Source: Candidatus Limnocylindria bacterium (GTDB lineage Bacteria > Chloroflexota > Limnocylindria > P2-11E). Taken from it: a DNA stretch of 64,000 bases. Below are positions 9,436-18,747 of this stretch, piece after piece (positions within the stretch are counted from its first letter, which is position 1; every line of letters starts with the position of its first letter). The notes under the pieces are model-generated. The model was not told the origin of the DNA and did no database searches. It saw only the letters and a list, made by a program, of their open reading frames with translations. The DNA is taken from NCBI GenBank assembly GCA_050692175.1, contig JBOGTG010000045.1, forward strand, positions 66,675-130,674, written 5' to 3'. Made by a program: the position numbers and the translations under genes.

Positions 9436-9606
9436 CATTCCCTTCGGCGCCGGGTTCTTGGCCTTGGTCCGCTTATCCTGGGCGACACTTCGGCCGGCCC
9501 CGGTTTGGCCGGCGCTGAACTGCCCACTCGCCTCCCGCCTGACGTACCGCGACCCGCCGGTCTTGCCCGGTGTGGTGTCGATGCGCTCGCGTTTGCCATC
9601 TGCCAC
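9418..9606 (-). CDS. small basic Gly/Lys-rich protein (62 aa), overlaps the 5' end of the PE reading frame in the +1 frame
   Basis: GTG start preceded by strong SD GAGAGGAGAA-N6; MADGKRERIDTTPGKTGGSRYVRRE...; ends TAA 14 nt inside the PE frame. Confidence 0.45.
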   Translation of the reverse strand: MADGKRERIDTTPGKTGGSRYVRREASGQFSAGQTGAGRSVAQDKRTKAKNPAPKGMKDRGD

Positions 9607-9793
9607 TTTCGTTCTCCTCTCGTTCGTGCGCTTGCTTTCGTTGCACGAATGAGACCGACTCTCTCGGCGAGTTCGCGCGCAGTCGAGATCGGGCGCCGAC
9701 GAGGCACCGCGTCACGCGCGCTGTTCGCGTCCCTCGCTGCGCTTGAGCGCGAGGAGCTTCGGCGATGTCGCGGTTGGTGAGCTTGGAAGGAAG

Positions 9794-10180
9794 CTAGTCC
9801 GCGTGGAGGAGGGTCATGTGCGACACGGAACCGTCGGGCCAATCGGGATCGTCCGAAAGCTTCACGCCGATCCGCAGGTTGCCCGGCTTGCGGCTGGATC
9901 CCTCGACGTCGACCTGCACCCTGCCGCCCGCCGACGGCCGAACGTGAATGAGGTCTCCGTCGTCGGTGCGATACGTGCCCGGATCGATGTCCGGGGGGAT
10001 CTCGACCAGGAACTCGATCGGCACGCCACCCGTGGCGACCCAGCGGTGAGCCGCGTCGACGTGCAGACCGTCGCAATAGCCGACGGTGCCGTGATGAATA
10101 ACCAGACCTCCGTTGCCCCGCCTCGAGCCGGCTCGGAGGTGATCGAGATTGCGGCATTCGTAGTGGACGATCGTCGACAC
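9794..10180 (-). CDS. conserved hypothetical protein with H/C-rich motif (HYECR..GNGGL..YCDG..HRW.ATGGVP); paralog of 41588..41890
   Basis: 128 aa; ~50% identity over 60 aa to the second copy 31 kb away; opposite-strand ORF 9743..10255 rejected. Confidence 0.55.
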   Translation of the reverse strand: MSTIVHYECRNLDHLRAGSRRGNGGLVIHHGTVGYCDGLHVDAAHRWVATGGVPIEFLVEIPPDIDPGTYRTDDGDLIHVRPSAGGRVQVDVEGSSRKPGNLRIGVKLSDDPDWPDGSVSHMTLLHAD

Positions 10181-10369
10181 GAGCCCTCCCCAGAGCTTCC
10201 AACGAGAGTTTTGTCACGCTCGGGTAACGAAGTCAATGGGATCTATTCGCGATGACGGTCGTCTGCGTGCTGACCGGTCGAAAGAGTGACCCACCCTGGA
10301 CCTCTCGCGTGAAGCCTCGTGGTCGCGATGCTTACGCACGCATCGGGACGGGCGGCACGGCGCGGCGCG

Positions 10370-10663
10370 TCAGACGTTAAGCGCGAGAGCGGGAAAGAGC
10401 TCCGACGGAGGACGCGCCCCGCGGGCCAAGAGATCGTGGCAGTCAAGGACGTCGTCGGCCGTGATCGGGTCGACCTCCACAGGCGTCCCGCCGAAGTCGA
10501 GGATCGCGATCCCGTCCTGGCCGCAAGAACGGCAGCGCAGCCTGACGATGAGACGCGAAGGCTCGGTCACCACCGCTGCGATGTCGCCACCGTGGTAGTA
10601 CTCACCGCAGCCGCTGCACGTCACCTGCTCCAGATGACGGATCAGCTGATCGATCCAACTCAT
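10370..10663 (-). CDS. small Cys-rich (CxxC...CxxC zinc-ribbon-like) hypothetical protein
   Basis: MSWIDQLIRHLEQVTCSGCGEYYHGG...LRCRSCGQDG; ORF reported from 10735 but upstream part is Arg-rich. Confidence 0.4.
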   Translation of the reverse strand: MSWIDQLIRHLEQVTCSGCGEYYHGGDIAAVVTEPSRLIVRLRCRSCGQDGIAILDFGGTPVEVDPITADDVLDCHDLLARGARPPSELFPALALNV

Positions 10664-10771
10664 GCTCGCGGAATACGCACTTCCTGTGCCTCTCGGCTGG
10701 CGCCGTTCGTGCCGCGGAAACGGGCGCCGTAACAAATGTGTGACAAGCCCAGGGTACGCAGGTCCCGGGAG

Positions 10772-11749
10772 CTATAGAGCGAGCTGGAGTTGGACCGTCT
10801 CGGGCTCGCGCAGCCGCGCCGGTCTGGGCGGACGCTCGCGGAACTCGTAGCGCGACCGCACGCGTCGCACGCGCTCCTCGAGCTCACGCTCGTAATCCTT
10901 CGTCGGATGCACGCCGCCCTGGTAGAGCGCGGCGTAGCGCGGGACGAGGACGGGGAACTCGGTCGCGAGGAAGTCTCTGTAGTACTGCTGGATCCCAACG
11001 TCGATCTTGAGCGGCCGGTGACGGAACGCAGTCGCTCCGGCCTCGCTCGCGGCACGCGCGGCCGCGTCGAGGGAATCTTCGCTGTCGCTGATGCCTGGAA
11101 GGACCGGTGGCGCCGTACCCGGATCGGTCTTGCGGACGATCTCTTCATTTACGCACGGGACGCTGAAGTACACGGTGACGTCCGTCTTTGTGTCGAGCTT
11201 CTTCAGCACGTCGATGTCGCGCACAACGAGCGGACCCTTCGTGACGATGCTCGTCGGCATCGGATAGTCGACGAGCGCTTCGAGGCACCGCCGCGTGAGT
11301 TGGTACTTCCCCTCGATTGGTTGATAGGGATCTGTCGCGGTCCCGATAGCGACCGAACCTTCGGGTCGCCGTCGAAGTTGTGTCCCTCGCGGGTAGCGCG
11401 CGTGGTAAGCCCGTGAAAAGCAATAGGAGCACGCATGGGCGCACCCTGTGTAGGGGTTCAGGCTCCAATCGAACGGCATGCCCCTTACGCGATTGAGCGC
11501 GCTCTTGGCTTCGACCTGGGTGTAGGCGACTTCGTTCAACGCGCTGCTCCGCCGCCTCTCGCGAAACGGAACGTGCCCTGGCAGTTCGTCGAGATGGTCC
11601 CGGAGATGCCCTCGTCGATCGTGGATCACGTCGAACCCGAGGTGCCCAGCAGTCAGTCCTCGGCAAGCTTCGGGTTGTGACTCGGTCGTCCGCACGTTCG
11701 TGCTCGATAGCGCATAGATCTCTGTGCGTTTTTCCGCTTGATCCGGCAC
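10772..11749 (-). CDS. radical SAM protein, SplB/Rv2578c-like (spore-photoproduct-lyase-related DNA repair family)
   Basis: NPYTGCAHACSYCFSRAY CxxxCxxC cluster motif, ATDPYQPIE motif; N-terminal 40 codons have low GC3 so true start may be 11630-11749. Confidence 0.85.
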   Translation of the reverse strand: MPDQAEKRTEIYALSSTNVRTTESQPEACRGLTAGHLGFDVIHDRRGHLRDHLDELPGHVPFRERRRSSALNEVAYTQVEAKSALNRVRGMPFDWSLNPYTGCAHACSYCFSRAYHARYPRGTQLRRRPEGSVAIGTATDPYQPIEGKYQLTRRCLEALVDYPMPTSIVTKGPLVVRDIDVLKKLDTKTDVTVYFSVPCVNEEIVRKTDPGTAPPVLPGISDSEDSLDAAARAASEAGATAFRHRPLKIDVGIQQYYRDFLATEFPVLVPRYAALYQGGVHPTKDYERELEERVRRVRSRYEFRERPPRPARLREPETVQLQLAL

Positions 11750-11759
11750 CTGTGCATTA

Positions 11760-11775
11760 TAGAACGTTAGTTCTA
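11760..11775. promoter_or_regulatory. SOS-box-like palindrome TAGAAC-GTTA-GTTCTA (GAAC-N4-GTTC core, LexA/Cheo-box type) between radical SAM gene and divergent protease gene
   Basis: Perfect 6-bp inverted arms with 4-bp spacer at 11760-11775, 12-130 nt upstream of the radical SAM start. Confidence 0.45.
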
Positions 11776-11851
11776 ACGATGCAAGTGGCTGTCCTTCTTA
11801 CTCAACCCATACCCGACCGCGAAAGTCGCGTGCCTACACTCGTCGGACCTC

Positions 11852-12688
11852 GTGTCCAGCAGAGCGGATCGGCCCTATGGCGCGTTCCCGCGCGGCCATC
11901 ACGACGTGGCCCCCGACGCGGCCGCCCAGCTGGCACCGCCGCGAACGCGGATTCGCACGGCACTCCGCCGCGCGCTCCCTTGGAGTGCCGCGCTCGCCGG
12001 TCCCGCGTTGCTCATCGCGATCTCCTTGGCTCCGGTCCCGCGGCCCGAAGACGTGAGGCCATCGGCGACGCCGACGCCACTCATAAGCGAGGTCTACGCG
12101 AAGGTTTCCCCGTCGGTTGTGCAGGTCAAGGCGCAGCGCGCCGACGGCACGCTTGCCGGTTCCGGATCGGGCGTGGTGATCGACGACGCCGGCAACATCC
12201 TGACGGCCCTTCACGTCGTCCGCGACGCTCGAAGCGTCACGGTCGTCTTCGCCGACGGCACCGAGTCGTCGGCCATGATCATCGCTCAGGTTCCGGAGAG
12301 CGACATCGCCGCGCTCCGACCCGCGAACCTTCCCGGTGAGCTCGTGCCCGCGACCCTTGCGAGCTCGGCGTCCCTGCGGATCGGCGATGACGCGATCGTC
12401 GTCGGAAATCCGTTTGCCCTCACGCGGTCGCTCTCGACAGGTGTGATCAGCGGACTCGACCGCTCTGTTCAGGTGCCGAACCAGGGCCGTTCCCTCACGG
12501 GCCTCATCCAGTTCGACGCGGCCGTGAACCCTGGGTCCTCGGGGGGCCCACTGGTGAACCGGGATGGAGAGGTCATCGGGATCGTCACCGGACTCGTGAA
12601 CCCGACAGGACAGCCGGCGTTCAGCGGCGTCGGCTTCGCGGTGACCATCGAGACAGCGGGGGGCGCGCTCGGCGTGCCGCCGGACTAG
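11852..12688 (+). CDS. trypsin-like serine protease (S1C/HtrA-like without PDZ), secreted
   Basis: TM/signal segment, catalytic His (ILTALHVV), Asp, Ser (NPGSSGGPLV). Confidence 0.8.
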   Translation: MSSRADRPYGAFPRGHHDVAPDAAAQLAPPRTRIRTALRRALPWSAALAGPALLIAISLAPVPRPEDVRPSATPTPLISEVYAKVSPSVVQVKAQRADGTLAGSGSGVVIDDAGNILTALHVVRDARSVTVVFADGTESSAMIIAQVPESDIAALRPANLPGELVPATLASSASLRIGDDAIVVGNPFALTRSLSTGVISGLDRSVQVPNQGRSLTGLIQFDAAVNPGSSGGPLVNRDGEVIGIVTGLVNPTGQPAFSGVGFAVTIETAGGALGVPPD

Positions 12689-12703
12689 AGGAGTGAAGGA
12701 CTG

Positions 12704-13705
12704 ATGGCAGAAACGCAGGCAGCGGTGCCGCCGGACACGGGACGGCTTCTCTTCGAGATCAAGAAGGTGATCGTCGGTCAGGACCACCTGATCGAGCGTC
12801 TGATGGTCAGTCTTCTCGCCCGCGGCCACCTGCTCGTCGAGGGCGTTCCGGGCCTCGCCAAGACCCTCTCGGTGAAAACCATCGCTCAGGCGATCACCGG
12901 CGATTTCAAGCGCATCCAGTTCACGCCCGACCTCGTCCCCGCCGACCTCGTCGGTACGCGCATCTACAACCAGCGCGCCGGCGACTTCCAGACCTCTGTC
13001 GGCCCCGTATTCACGAACCTGCTCCTCGCCGATGAGATCAACCGCGCGCCGGCGAAGGTGCAGAGCGCTCTCCTCGAAGTCATGCAGGAGCGGCAAGTGA
13101 CGATCGGCCGCGAGACGCACAAGGTCCCCGACCCCTTTCTCGTCATGGCCACTCAAAACCCGATCGAGACCGAGGGGACGTACGCACTTCCCGAGGCGCA
13201 GGTCGACCGTTTCATGTTGAAAGTTCTCGTCGGCTACCCCAACGAGATGGACGAGTTCGTCGTCGTCGAACGGGTGACCGGCCGCATGTCGCCGGTGGTC
13301 CCGGTCATGACCACCGAGCGCCTCGTGCAGCTCCAGCGTGAAGTCGACGACGTCTTCGTCGATCCGACGCTCATGGAGTACGTCGTCCGGCTCGCGTCCG
13401 CGACGCGGAAACCGGCCGAGTACGGCATCGGCGACGTCGCCAAATACATCAGCTACGGCGCCAGCCCCCGCGCGTCGATCAATCTCGTCCTGGCCGGCCG
13501 CGCGCTCGCGTACCTTCGCGGTCGTCGCTACGTCACCGGACAGGACATTCAGGACCTCGCGCTCGATGTCATACGACACCGCATCGTGCTCTCGTTCGAG
13601 GCGCTGTCCGAGGACGTCTCGGCCGACGATGTCGTGAAGCGCGTGCTCGCACGGATTCCGGTACCGACCGAACCACTGCAGGGACATGTCTCCCTCCGCA
13701 GCTGA
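12704..13705 (+). CDS. MoxR-family AAA+ ATPase
   Basis: Walker A GVPGLAKT, Walker B LLADEINRAP, MoxR C-terminal region; 333 aa. Confidence 0.9.
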   Translation: MAETQAAVPPDTGRLLFEIKKVIVGQDHLIERLMVSLLARGHLLVEGVPGLAKTLSVKTIAQAITGDFKRIQFTPDLVPADLVGTRIYNQRAGDFQTSVGPVFTNLLLADEINRAPAKVQSALLEVMQERQVTIGRETHKVPDPFLVMATQNPIETEGTYALPEAQVDRFMLKVLVGYPNEMDEFVVVERVTGRMSPVVPVMTTERLVQLQREVDDVFVDPTLMEYVVRLASATRKPAEYGIGDVAKYISYGASPRASINLVLAGRALAYLRGRRYVTGQDIQDLALDVIRHRIVLSFEALSEDVSADDVVKRVLARIPVPTEPLQGHVSLRS

Positions 13706-14600
13706 GCGCCGGCTGCAGCGCCTCGAGTGGACCGTCATGCGCAGGCTCGACGGACTGCTTCAGGGTGACTACCGCACGATCTTCAAGGGAGAGGGTCTCG
13801 ATCTCGCGGACATTCGCGAGTACGTGTTCGGCGACGACGTCCGCCACATCGACTGGAACGTGACCGCGCGGCTCGACATGCCATACGTGCGCGAGTACCT
13901 CGAGGATCGCGAGATCAACGCGCATTTCCTCCTTGATCTGTCGCCCTCGGTCGACTTCGGGACCGTCGATCGGCGCAAGCGTGATCTGCTCGTGGACTTC
14001 ACCGGACTGCTCGCTCGGCTTCTGACGCGCCACGGCAACCGCGTCGGCGCCACGCTCTACGCAACCCGGGTCGAGCGCGCGATCCCGGCACGGGGCGGGC
14101 GCATGCAGGTCCTTCGCATCCTGAACGAGCTGGAGAAGCGTCCGCGCCTGCAGAGCGCGCCGCTTACGTCGCTCAGCGACCTTCTCGACTCGGGGATGCG
14201 TAGCCTGAAGCGGCGGTCACTCGTCTTCGTCGTCTCCGACTTCTTCAGCGCGGCGGGTTGGGAAGAGCGCCTCGAGCGCATCGCCCGCCGTCACGAGACG
14301 CTCGCCGTGCGCGTCGCCGATCCACGAGAGGATGAGCTGCCGGACATCGGGACGGTGATCCTCACCGATAGCGAGACCGGCGAGCAGCTCCGCGTGAACA
14401 CCGGCGACCCGCGGTTCCGCGAGCGTTTCGCGGTGGCCGCGCGGCGCCGCGAAGAGTCGCTCAACGCAGCCTTTTCGCGTGCCGGCGTTGACGCACTGGT
14501 GTTGCGCACGGACGAAGACCTGGTCCGGGCTATCGTCAAGTTCGCGTACGCGCGTAAGCGGCGCGCCGGAAGGCGCGCAGCGATGGGAGCATCCGCATGA
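13686..14600 (+). CDS. DUF58 domain protein (MoxR-associated)
   Basis: EYVFGDDVRHIDWNVTAR DUF58 signature; overlaps MoxR stop. Confidence 0.85.
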   Translation: MSPSAAERRLQRLEWTVMRRLDGLLQGDYRTIFKGEGLDLADIREYVFGDDVRHIDWNVTARLDMPYVREYLEDREINAHFLLDLSPSVDFGTVDRRKRDLLVDFTGLLARLLTRHGNRVGATLYATRVERAIPARGGRMQVLRILNELEKRPRLQSAPLTSLSDLLDSGMRSLKRRSLVFVVSDFFSAAGWEERLERIARRHETLAVRVADPREDELPDIGTVILTDSETGEQLRVNTGDPRFRERFAVAARRREESLNAAFSRAGVDALVLRTDEDLVRAIVKFAYARKRRAGRRAAMGASA

Positions 14601-15634
14601 CCTTCATCTGGCCGTCAGCGCTGTTGCTACTCGCCGTTGTTGCCGGGCTGGCCGTGCTGTACGTGCTCGCGCAGCGCAGGCGGAACCGCTACGCGCTCCG
14701 GTACGCGAACCTCTCGCTCGTCCGCGAAGCCATCGGAAAGGGACCGGGATGGCGGCGGCATGTCCCGCCCGCTCTCTTCATCCTCGCCCTGGCGTTCATG
14801 TCCATCGCGGTTGCCCGCCCGCAGGCGGTCGTCGCGGTTCCAAGCCAGCAGGGAACGGTCATCCTCGCGATCGATGTGTCCGGCTCGATGCTCGCCGAGG
14901 ACATGAAGCCGAACCGCATGGAAGCCGCGAAGGCCGCTGCCCGCCTTTTCGTGGAGAAGCAGAGTGAGAGCGTGAAGATCGGTGTCGTCTCGTTCTCGGG
15001 CGATGCGTCGATCGTGCAATCGCCGACGACGGACAAGACACTCGTCATCGCGGCGATCAACCGGCTTCGCCCGCAGCGGGCGACCGCCATCGGGCGCGCG
15101 ATCCTCGTTTCACTCGATGCGATCAACGAATCGATGGGCAGCGAGGAGGATCTCCCGAGCTCGATCCTGCAGCAAGGACAGCCGGGTGTCGCGGCGACAC
15201 CGCGCCCAAGCGCGACGGTGCCCTCATATCTCCAAGGCCAGCACTCATCCGCCTCGATCGTGCTGATGTCCGATGGCCAGAACAACCAGTTCCCGCCGCC
15301 CCTCGATGTCGTCGATCAGGCCGTCAGCCGCGGCGTGCGTGTCTACACAATCGGCCTGGGCAGCGCCGCCGGCGCGATCGTGCGCCTGCAGGGCCGCGCG
15401 GTGCGGACCGCGCTCGATGAAACCACGCTCAAGAAGATCGCGGAAGTCACCGAAGCCCAGTACTTCAACGCCAACACCGAAGCGGACCTCCGCACGGTCT
15501 ACGAGAACCTGACGACGCAGCTCGTCATCCGCAACGAGAAGACCGAGCTCACCGCTTACGCCACGCTCGCCGCCGCCATCCTGGCCGTATTCGCAGGAGC
15601 CTTCTCGCTCCTCTGGTTCAACCGCCTCCCGTAG
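14597..15634 (+). CDS. VWA domain protein (BatA-like), membrane anchored
   Basis: N- and C-terminal TM, MIDAS DVSGSM; overlaps DUF58 stop (coupled). Confidence 0.8.
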   Translation: MTFIWPSALLLLAVVAGLAVLYVLAQRRRNRYALRYANLSLVREAIGKGPGWRRHVPPALFILALAFMSIAVARPQAVVAVPSQQGTVILAIDVSGSMLAEDMKPNRMEAAKAAARLFVEKQSESVKIGVVSFSGDASIVQSPTTDKTLVIAAINRLRPQRATAIGRAILVSLDAINESMGSEEDLPSSILQQGQPGVAATPRPSATVPSYLQGQHSSASIVLMSDGQNNQFPPPLDVVDQAVSRGVRVYTIGLGSAAGAIVRLQGRAVRTALDETTLKKIAEVTEAQYFNANTEADLRTVYENLTTQLVIRNEKTELTAYATLAAAILAVFAGAFSLLWFNRLP

Positions 15635-15683
15635 CCCGGATCGAGTCGCTGACCCGGACGCGGGCCCTATCGGTACTGCCTGG

Positions 15684-16787
15684 CTACCGCGGAGCGATGC
15701 CAAGGACAGTCGCGCTGTTCGCGTGAGTCGCGGCGACGATCTCGCGTCGCCTTTCGCCGACGTCGCTCTGTTGCCAGAGGTCGCGAACGCGGACATCTGT
15801 GCTCGGCTCAACTCCGATGTCGGCGAGCGCGATTCGCACGTCATGATCGTCTGGCCCGCGGTTCAGGACCGCGAGGGCGCGGCGTCCATCCGCGAGCTCG
15901 CGCATCCAGACGTCGACGTCACCGTCGTGGCGGATGCGTCGAGCCTGCCTGCCCGCCGGATCCTGGTCGACCGCGATGAGTTCAGGCGCCGTGAGGATGT
16001 CGCGTACGTCGTCGCTCATCGTTCGGAGGTCGTTGCCCGCCATCAGCGGCGCCGCGAGCATCGACCAGAGCGCAAAGTGCGCGCGGCTCTGTGCGGCCGT
16101 CAGGTCGCCGTTCCCGACCTCGAGCATGTCTGGATCGTTCCAGTGATCGGCTCCGGCGAAAGGATGCAGGTCGGCCTGGCGATCGAGGATCGTGAGGATG
16201 CTCGACCACTCAGGCTGAATGTCCCAGCTCGTGCGCCACATGTGACCGATCTCGCCTGCCCACTCCCACGGGCGCGACCGTCCCCACTCGCAGATCGAAA
16301 GCACGATCGGCCGCCGCGCCGCGCTGAGCGCCATGGCCCACTTCGCATAGAGAGCCCGTGGGCCCATGCCGTCCGTGTGGCACCAGTCAACCTTCACATA
16401 GTCGACGCCCCACTCGGCGAAGCGCCGGGCGTCGCGGAACTCGTAGCCGAGGCTCGCCGGCAGGTTCTGACAGGTCTTCGTGCCAGCGTCGGTGTAGATG
16501 CCGAAACGCAGCCCGAGCGCGTGGACGCGATCGGCCAGCGCCTTGATCCCCATCGGGAACTTGTCGGGGTCGGCGACGAAGTCGCCACTACGATCGCGCT
16601 CGGGCGCCATCCAACCGTCATCGATCACGACATAGCGGTAGCCCGCATTGCGCATTCCCGACGAGACCATCGCCTCGGCCGTCTCGATCACGAGGGCCTG
16701 GTCGATCTTCACGCCGAACCGATTCCAGCTGTTCCACCCCATTGGCGGCGTCGGCGCGAGCCCATCGGAGAGACGTCCGAGCCCCAT
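15684..16787 (-). CDS. alpha-galactosidase (GH27)
   Basis: TPPMGWNSWN, YRYVVIDDGW, YVKVDWC GH27 motifs. Confidence 0.85.
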   Translation of the reverse strand: MGLGRLSDGLAPTPPMGWNSWNRFGVKIDQALVIETAEAMVSSGMRNAGYRYVVIDDGWMAPERDRSGDFVADPDKFPMGIKALADRVHALGLRFGIYTDAGTKTCQNLPASLGYEFRDARRFAEWGVDYVKVDWCHTDGMGPRALYAKWAMALSAARRPIVLSICEWGRSRPWEWAGEIGHMWRTSWDIQPEWSSILTILDRQADLHPFAGADHWNDPDMLEVGNGDLTAAQSRAHFALWSMLAAPLMAGNDLRTMSDDVRDILTAPELIAVDQDPAGRQARRIRHDGDVDVWMRELADGRRALAVLNRGPDDHDVRIALADIGVEPSTDVRVRDLWQQSDVGERRREIVAATHANSATVLGIAPR

Positions 16788-17839
16788 TAGGGCACGACCG
16801 CAACGAGGTGCCCGCCGCCGAATCCCCCAAGGACCTGGGCGGCGAGTTTCTGCGTCGTGCCTCGCCGGCCGAGCGCGATGATGCTGCCGCCGAAGCCGCC
16901 ACCAACCACGCGCGACCCGAGCGCTCCGGCCGCCGTCGCGAGGTCAACGAGCCGATCCAGCTCCGGCGTCGACACCTCGTAGTCGTCCCGAAGCGAACGG
17001 TGGGATGCGTTCAAGAGGTCACCGAGTGTCGCGTCATCCCGCTCGCCAACGGCGATGACCGCCTGGCGCACGCGGGCGTTCTCGGTCACGACGTGACGGA
17101 CGCGCCGATCGAGCGGTGGTGGCAGCCGCTCCAGGACCGCATCGAGCGGTCTCGCGTCGAGTTCGCGGAGCGACGCGATGCCCAGGTGGCGGCAGGCCTC
17201 CTCGCACTCCTCGCGCCTTCGGTTGTACCCACCGGTTGCGTGCTCGTGGCGCGTTCCGGAGTCGATGACGGCGAGCTCGGTCGTCGGCGCGAGAGGGATC
17301 GCGCGCGTGACCTGGTCACGCATGTCGATGAGAAGCGCTTCGTTCGGGCGGCCGTAGATCGACGCGAGCTGATCCAGCATGCCCGCGCGAGCGCCCGCGA
17401 ACTCGGTCTCCGCCGCATGGGCGACTCGCGCGCTTGCCGCGTCGTCGAGCGCGAGATCGAAGAGCTCGGACAGGGCACGCACCAGCGCGATCGCGAACGC
17501 CGCGCTCGATCCAAGGCCAGCACCGAGCGGAAGATCCGATGTGATCGCGGCGTCGAAACCGCCGAGGCGAACGCCCTGCCGATCGAGCGTCGCGGTCACT
17601 CCCCTGGCTCGGTCCACCCAGGTGCCATCCCTCTGCTCATCCCCGAGCTCGTACGTAGCCTCCTGTGGGGACACCGCCGCATCGGTGGTCAGCTGGACTC
17701 GTGCGTCACCGCGCGATCGCGCCTCGACCGTGACGCCAAGCCGCAGAGCGATCGGCAGCACCAGTCCGTCGTTGTAATCGGTGTGCTCGCCGATGAGGTT
17801 AATGCGCCCAGGTGCGTGCCCGGTCGCTCGACGACGCAT
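16787..17839 (-). CDS. galK: galactokinase
   Basis: GRINLIGEHTDYNDG galactokinase signature, GHMP PLGAGLGSSAA motif. Confidence 0.9.
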   Translation of the reverse strand: MRRRATGHAPGRINLIGEHTDYNDGLVLPIALRLGVTVEARSRGDARVQLTTDAAVSPQEATYELGDEQRDGTWVDRARGVTATLDRQGVRLGGFDAAITSDLPLGAGLGSSAAFAIALVRALSELFDLALDDAASARVAHAAETEFAGARAGMLDQLASIYGRPNEALLIDMRDQVTRAIPLAPTTELAVIDSGTRHEHATGGYNRRREECEEACRHLGIASLRELDARPLDAVLERLPPPLDRRVRHVVTENARVRQAVIAVGERDDATLGDLLNASHRSLRDDYEVSTPELDRLVDLATAAGALGSRVVGGGFGGSIIALGRRGTTQKLAAQVLGGFGGGHLVAVVP

Positions 17840-17958
17840 GCCCGCGGACGATACGCGGCCCGGGCACGATGGCCCGCCGCGTCTTTCCCGAGCCCGCGTC
17901 GCGCCTCGCGCACACTAGTGGCGTGCGGTTCGACAAAACGCTCGAGGTCCAGCGCGCG

Positions 17959-18747
17959 ATGGCGATCTACGCGCACCCCGACGACGCCGAGTTCGGCATG
18001 GCTGGGACCGTCGCGAAATGGGCGAAGGCCGGAGTCGAGTTCACGTACTGCATGGTCACGAATGGCGCGTCGGGATCGCAGGATCCGGATATGACACGCG
18101 AACGGCTGCGCGACATCCGCGCAGCCGAGCAGAGCGAGGCGGCGAAAATCCTTGGCGTGCGCAACGTCGTCTTTCTCGAGTTCGAGGACGGTTACCTTGA
18201 GCCCACGATCGAGGTGCGCCGAGCGGTAACCCGGCAGATCCGCATACACAAGCCGGACGTGATCTTCACGATGGACCCGACTATCCGCTACGTCAGCGGC
18301 TACGTGAACCATCCCGATCACATCGCCGCGGGCGAGGTCGTTCTGCGGTCGATCAATCCAGACGCGTCGACGCGGCAGATGCTGCCGGAGCTCTGGCAGA
18401 AGGAGCGGCTCGAGCCGCACAAGCCCAAGGCGCTCTTTCTCATCGCGTTCGGCGAGCCGGACACTATCGTGGACGTGAGCGACGTGGTCGACGTCAAGAT
18501 CAAGGCTCTTCTCGCGCACCGCTCGCAGATCGACTCAGACAGCGTCGACTTCATCAAAGGATGGATGAAGGAGGCTGGCAAGAAGAAGCGCTACGCGTAT
18601 GCCGAGGGGTTCAAGGTGATGCGGTTCGAGGAAGATGGCGCGCCGCGGCGAAACGCTACGCGCGAAGCGCGGAAAGCACCTCGAGCGCGTGCCCGTCCGG
18701 CTTCACGAAGTACCACGACTTCTCGACGCGCCCGTCCGACCCGATAA
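17959..18747 (+). CDS. PIG-L/LmbE-family N-acetylglucosaminyl deacetylase
   Basis: AIYAHPDDAEFGMAGT zinc-binding motif, HPDH; start set at Met50 of the ORF; C-terminal 30 aa overlap bcp on opposite strand. Confidence 0.7.
   Translation: MAIYAHPDDAEFGMAGTVAKWAKAGVEFTYCMVTNGASGSQDPDMTRERLRDIRAAEQSEAAKILGVRNVVFLEFEDGYLEPTIEVRRAVTRQIRIHKPDVIFTMDPTIRYVSGYVNHPDHIAAGEVVLRSINPDASTRQMLPELWQKERLEPHKPKALFLIAFGEPDTIVDVSDVVDVKIKALLAHRSQIDSDSVDFIKGWMKEAGKKKRYAYAEGFKVMRFEEDGAPRRNATREARKAPRARARPASRSTTTSRRARPTR

Noticed and set aside
9743-10255. Plus-strand 170-aa ORF overlapping the HYEC-motif gene
   Set aside because: The minus-strand reading is supported by a conserved paralog at 41588..41890. The plus-strand product has no recognisable features.
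7023-11749. Ku gene within the repair array
   Set aside because: No ORF with Ku-like beta-barrel motifs or length (~270-300 aa) was found in this window. It is presumably encoded elsewhere or absent.
12704-15634. MoxR-DUF58-VWA considered as a candidate novel defence/system
   Set aside because: This is the widespread BatA/MoxR-type housekeeping triad with canonical motifs and nothing unusual in order or fusion.
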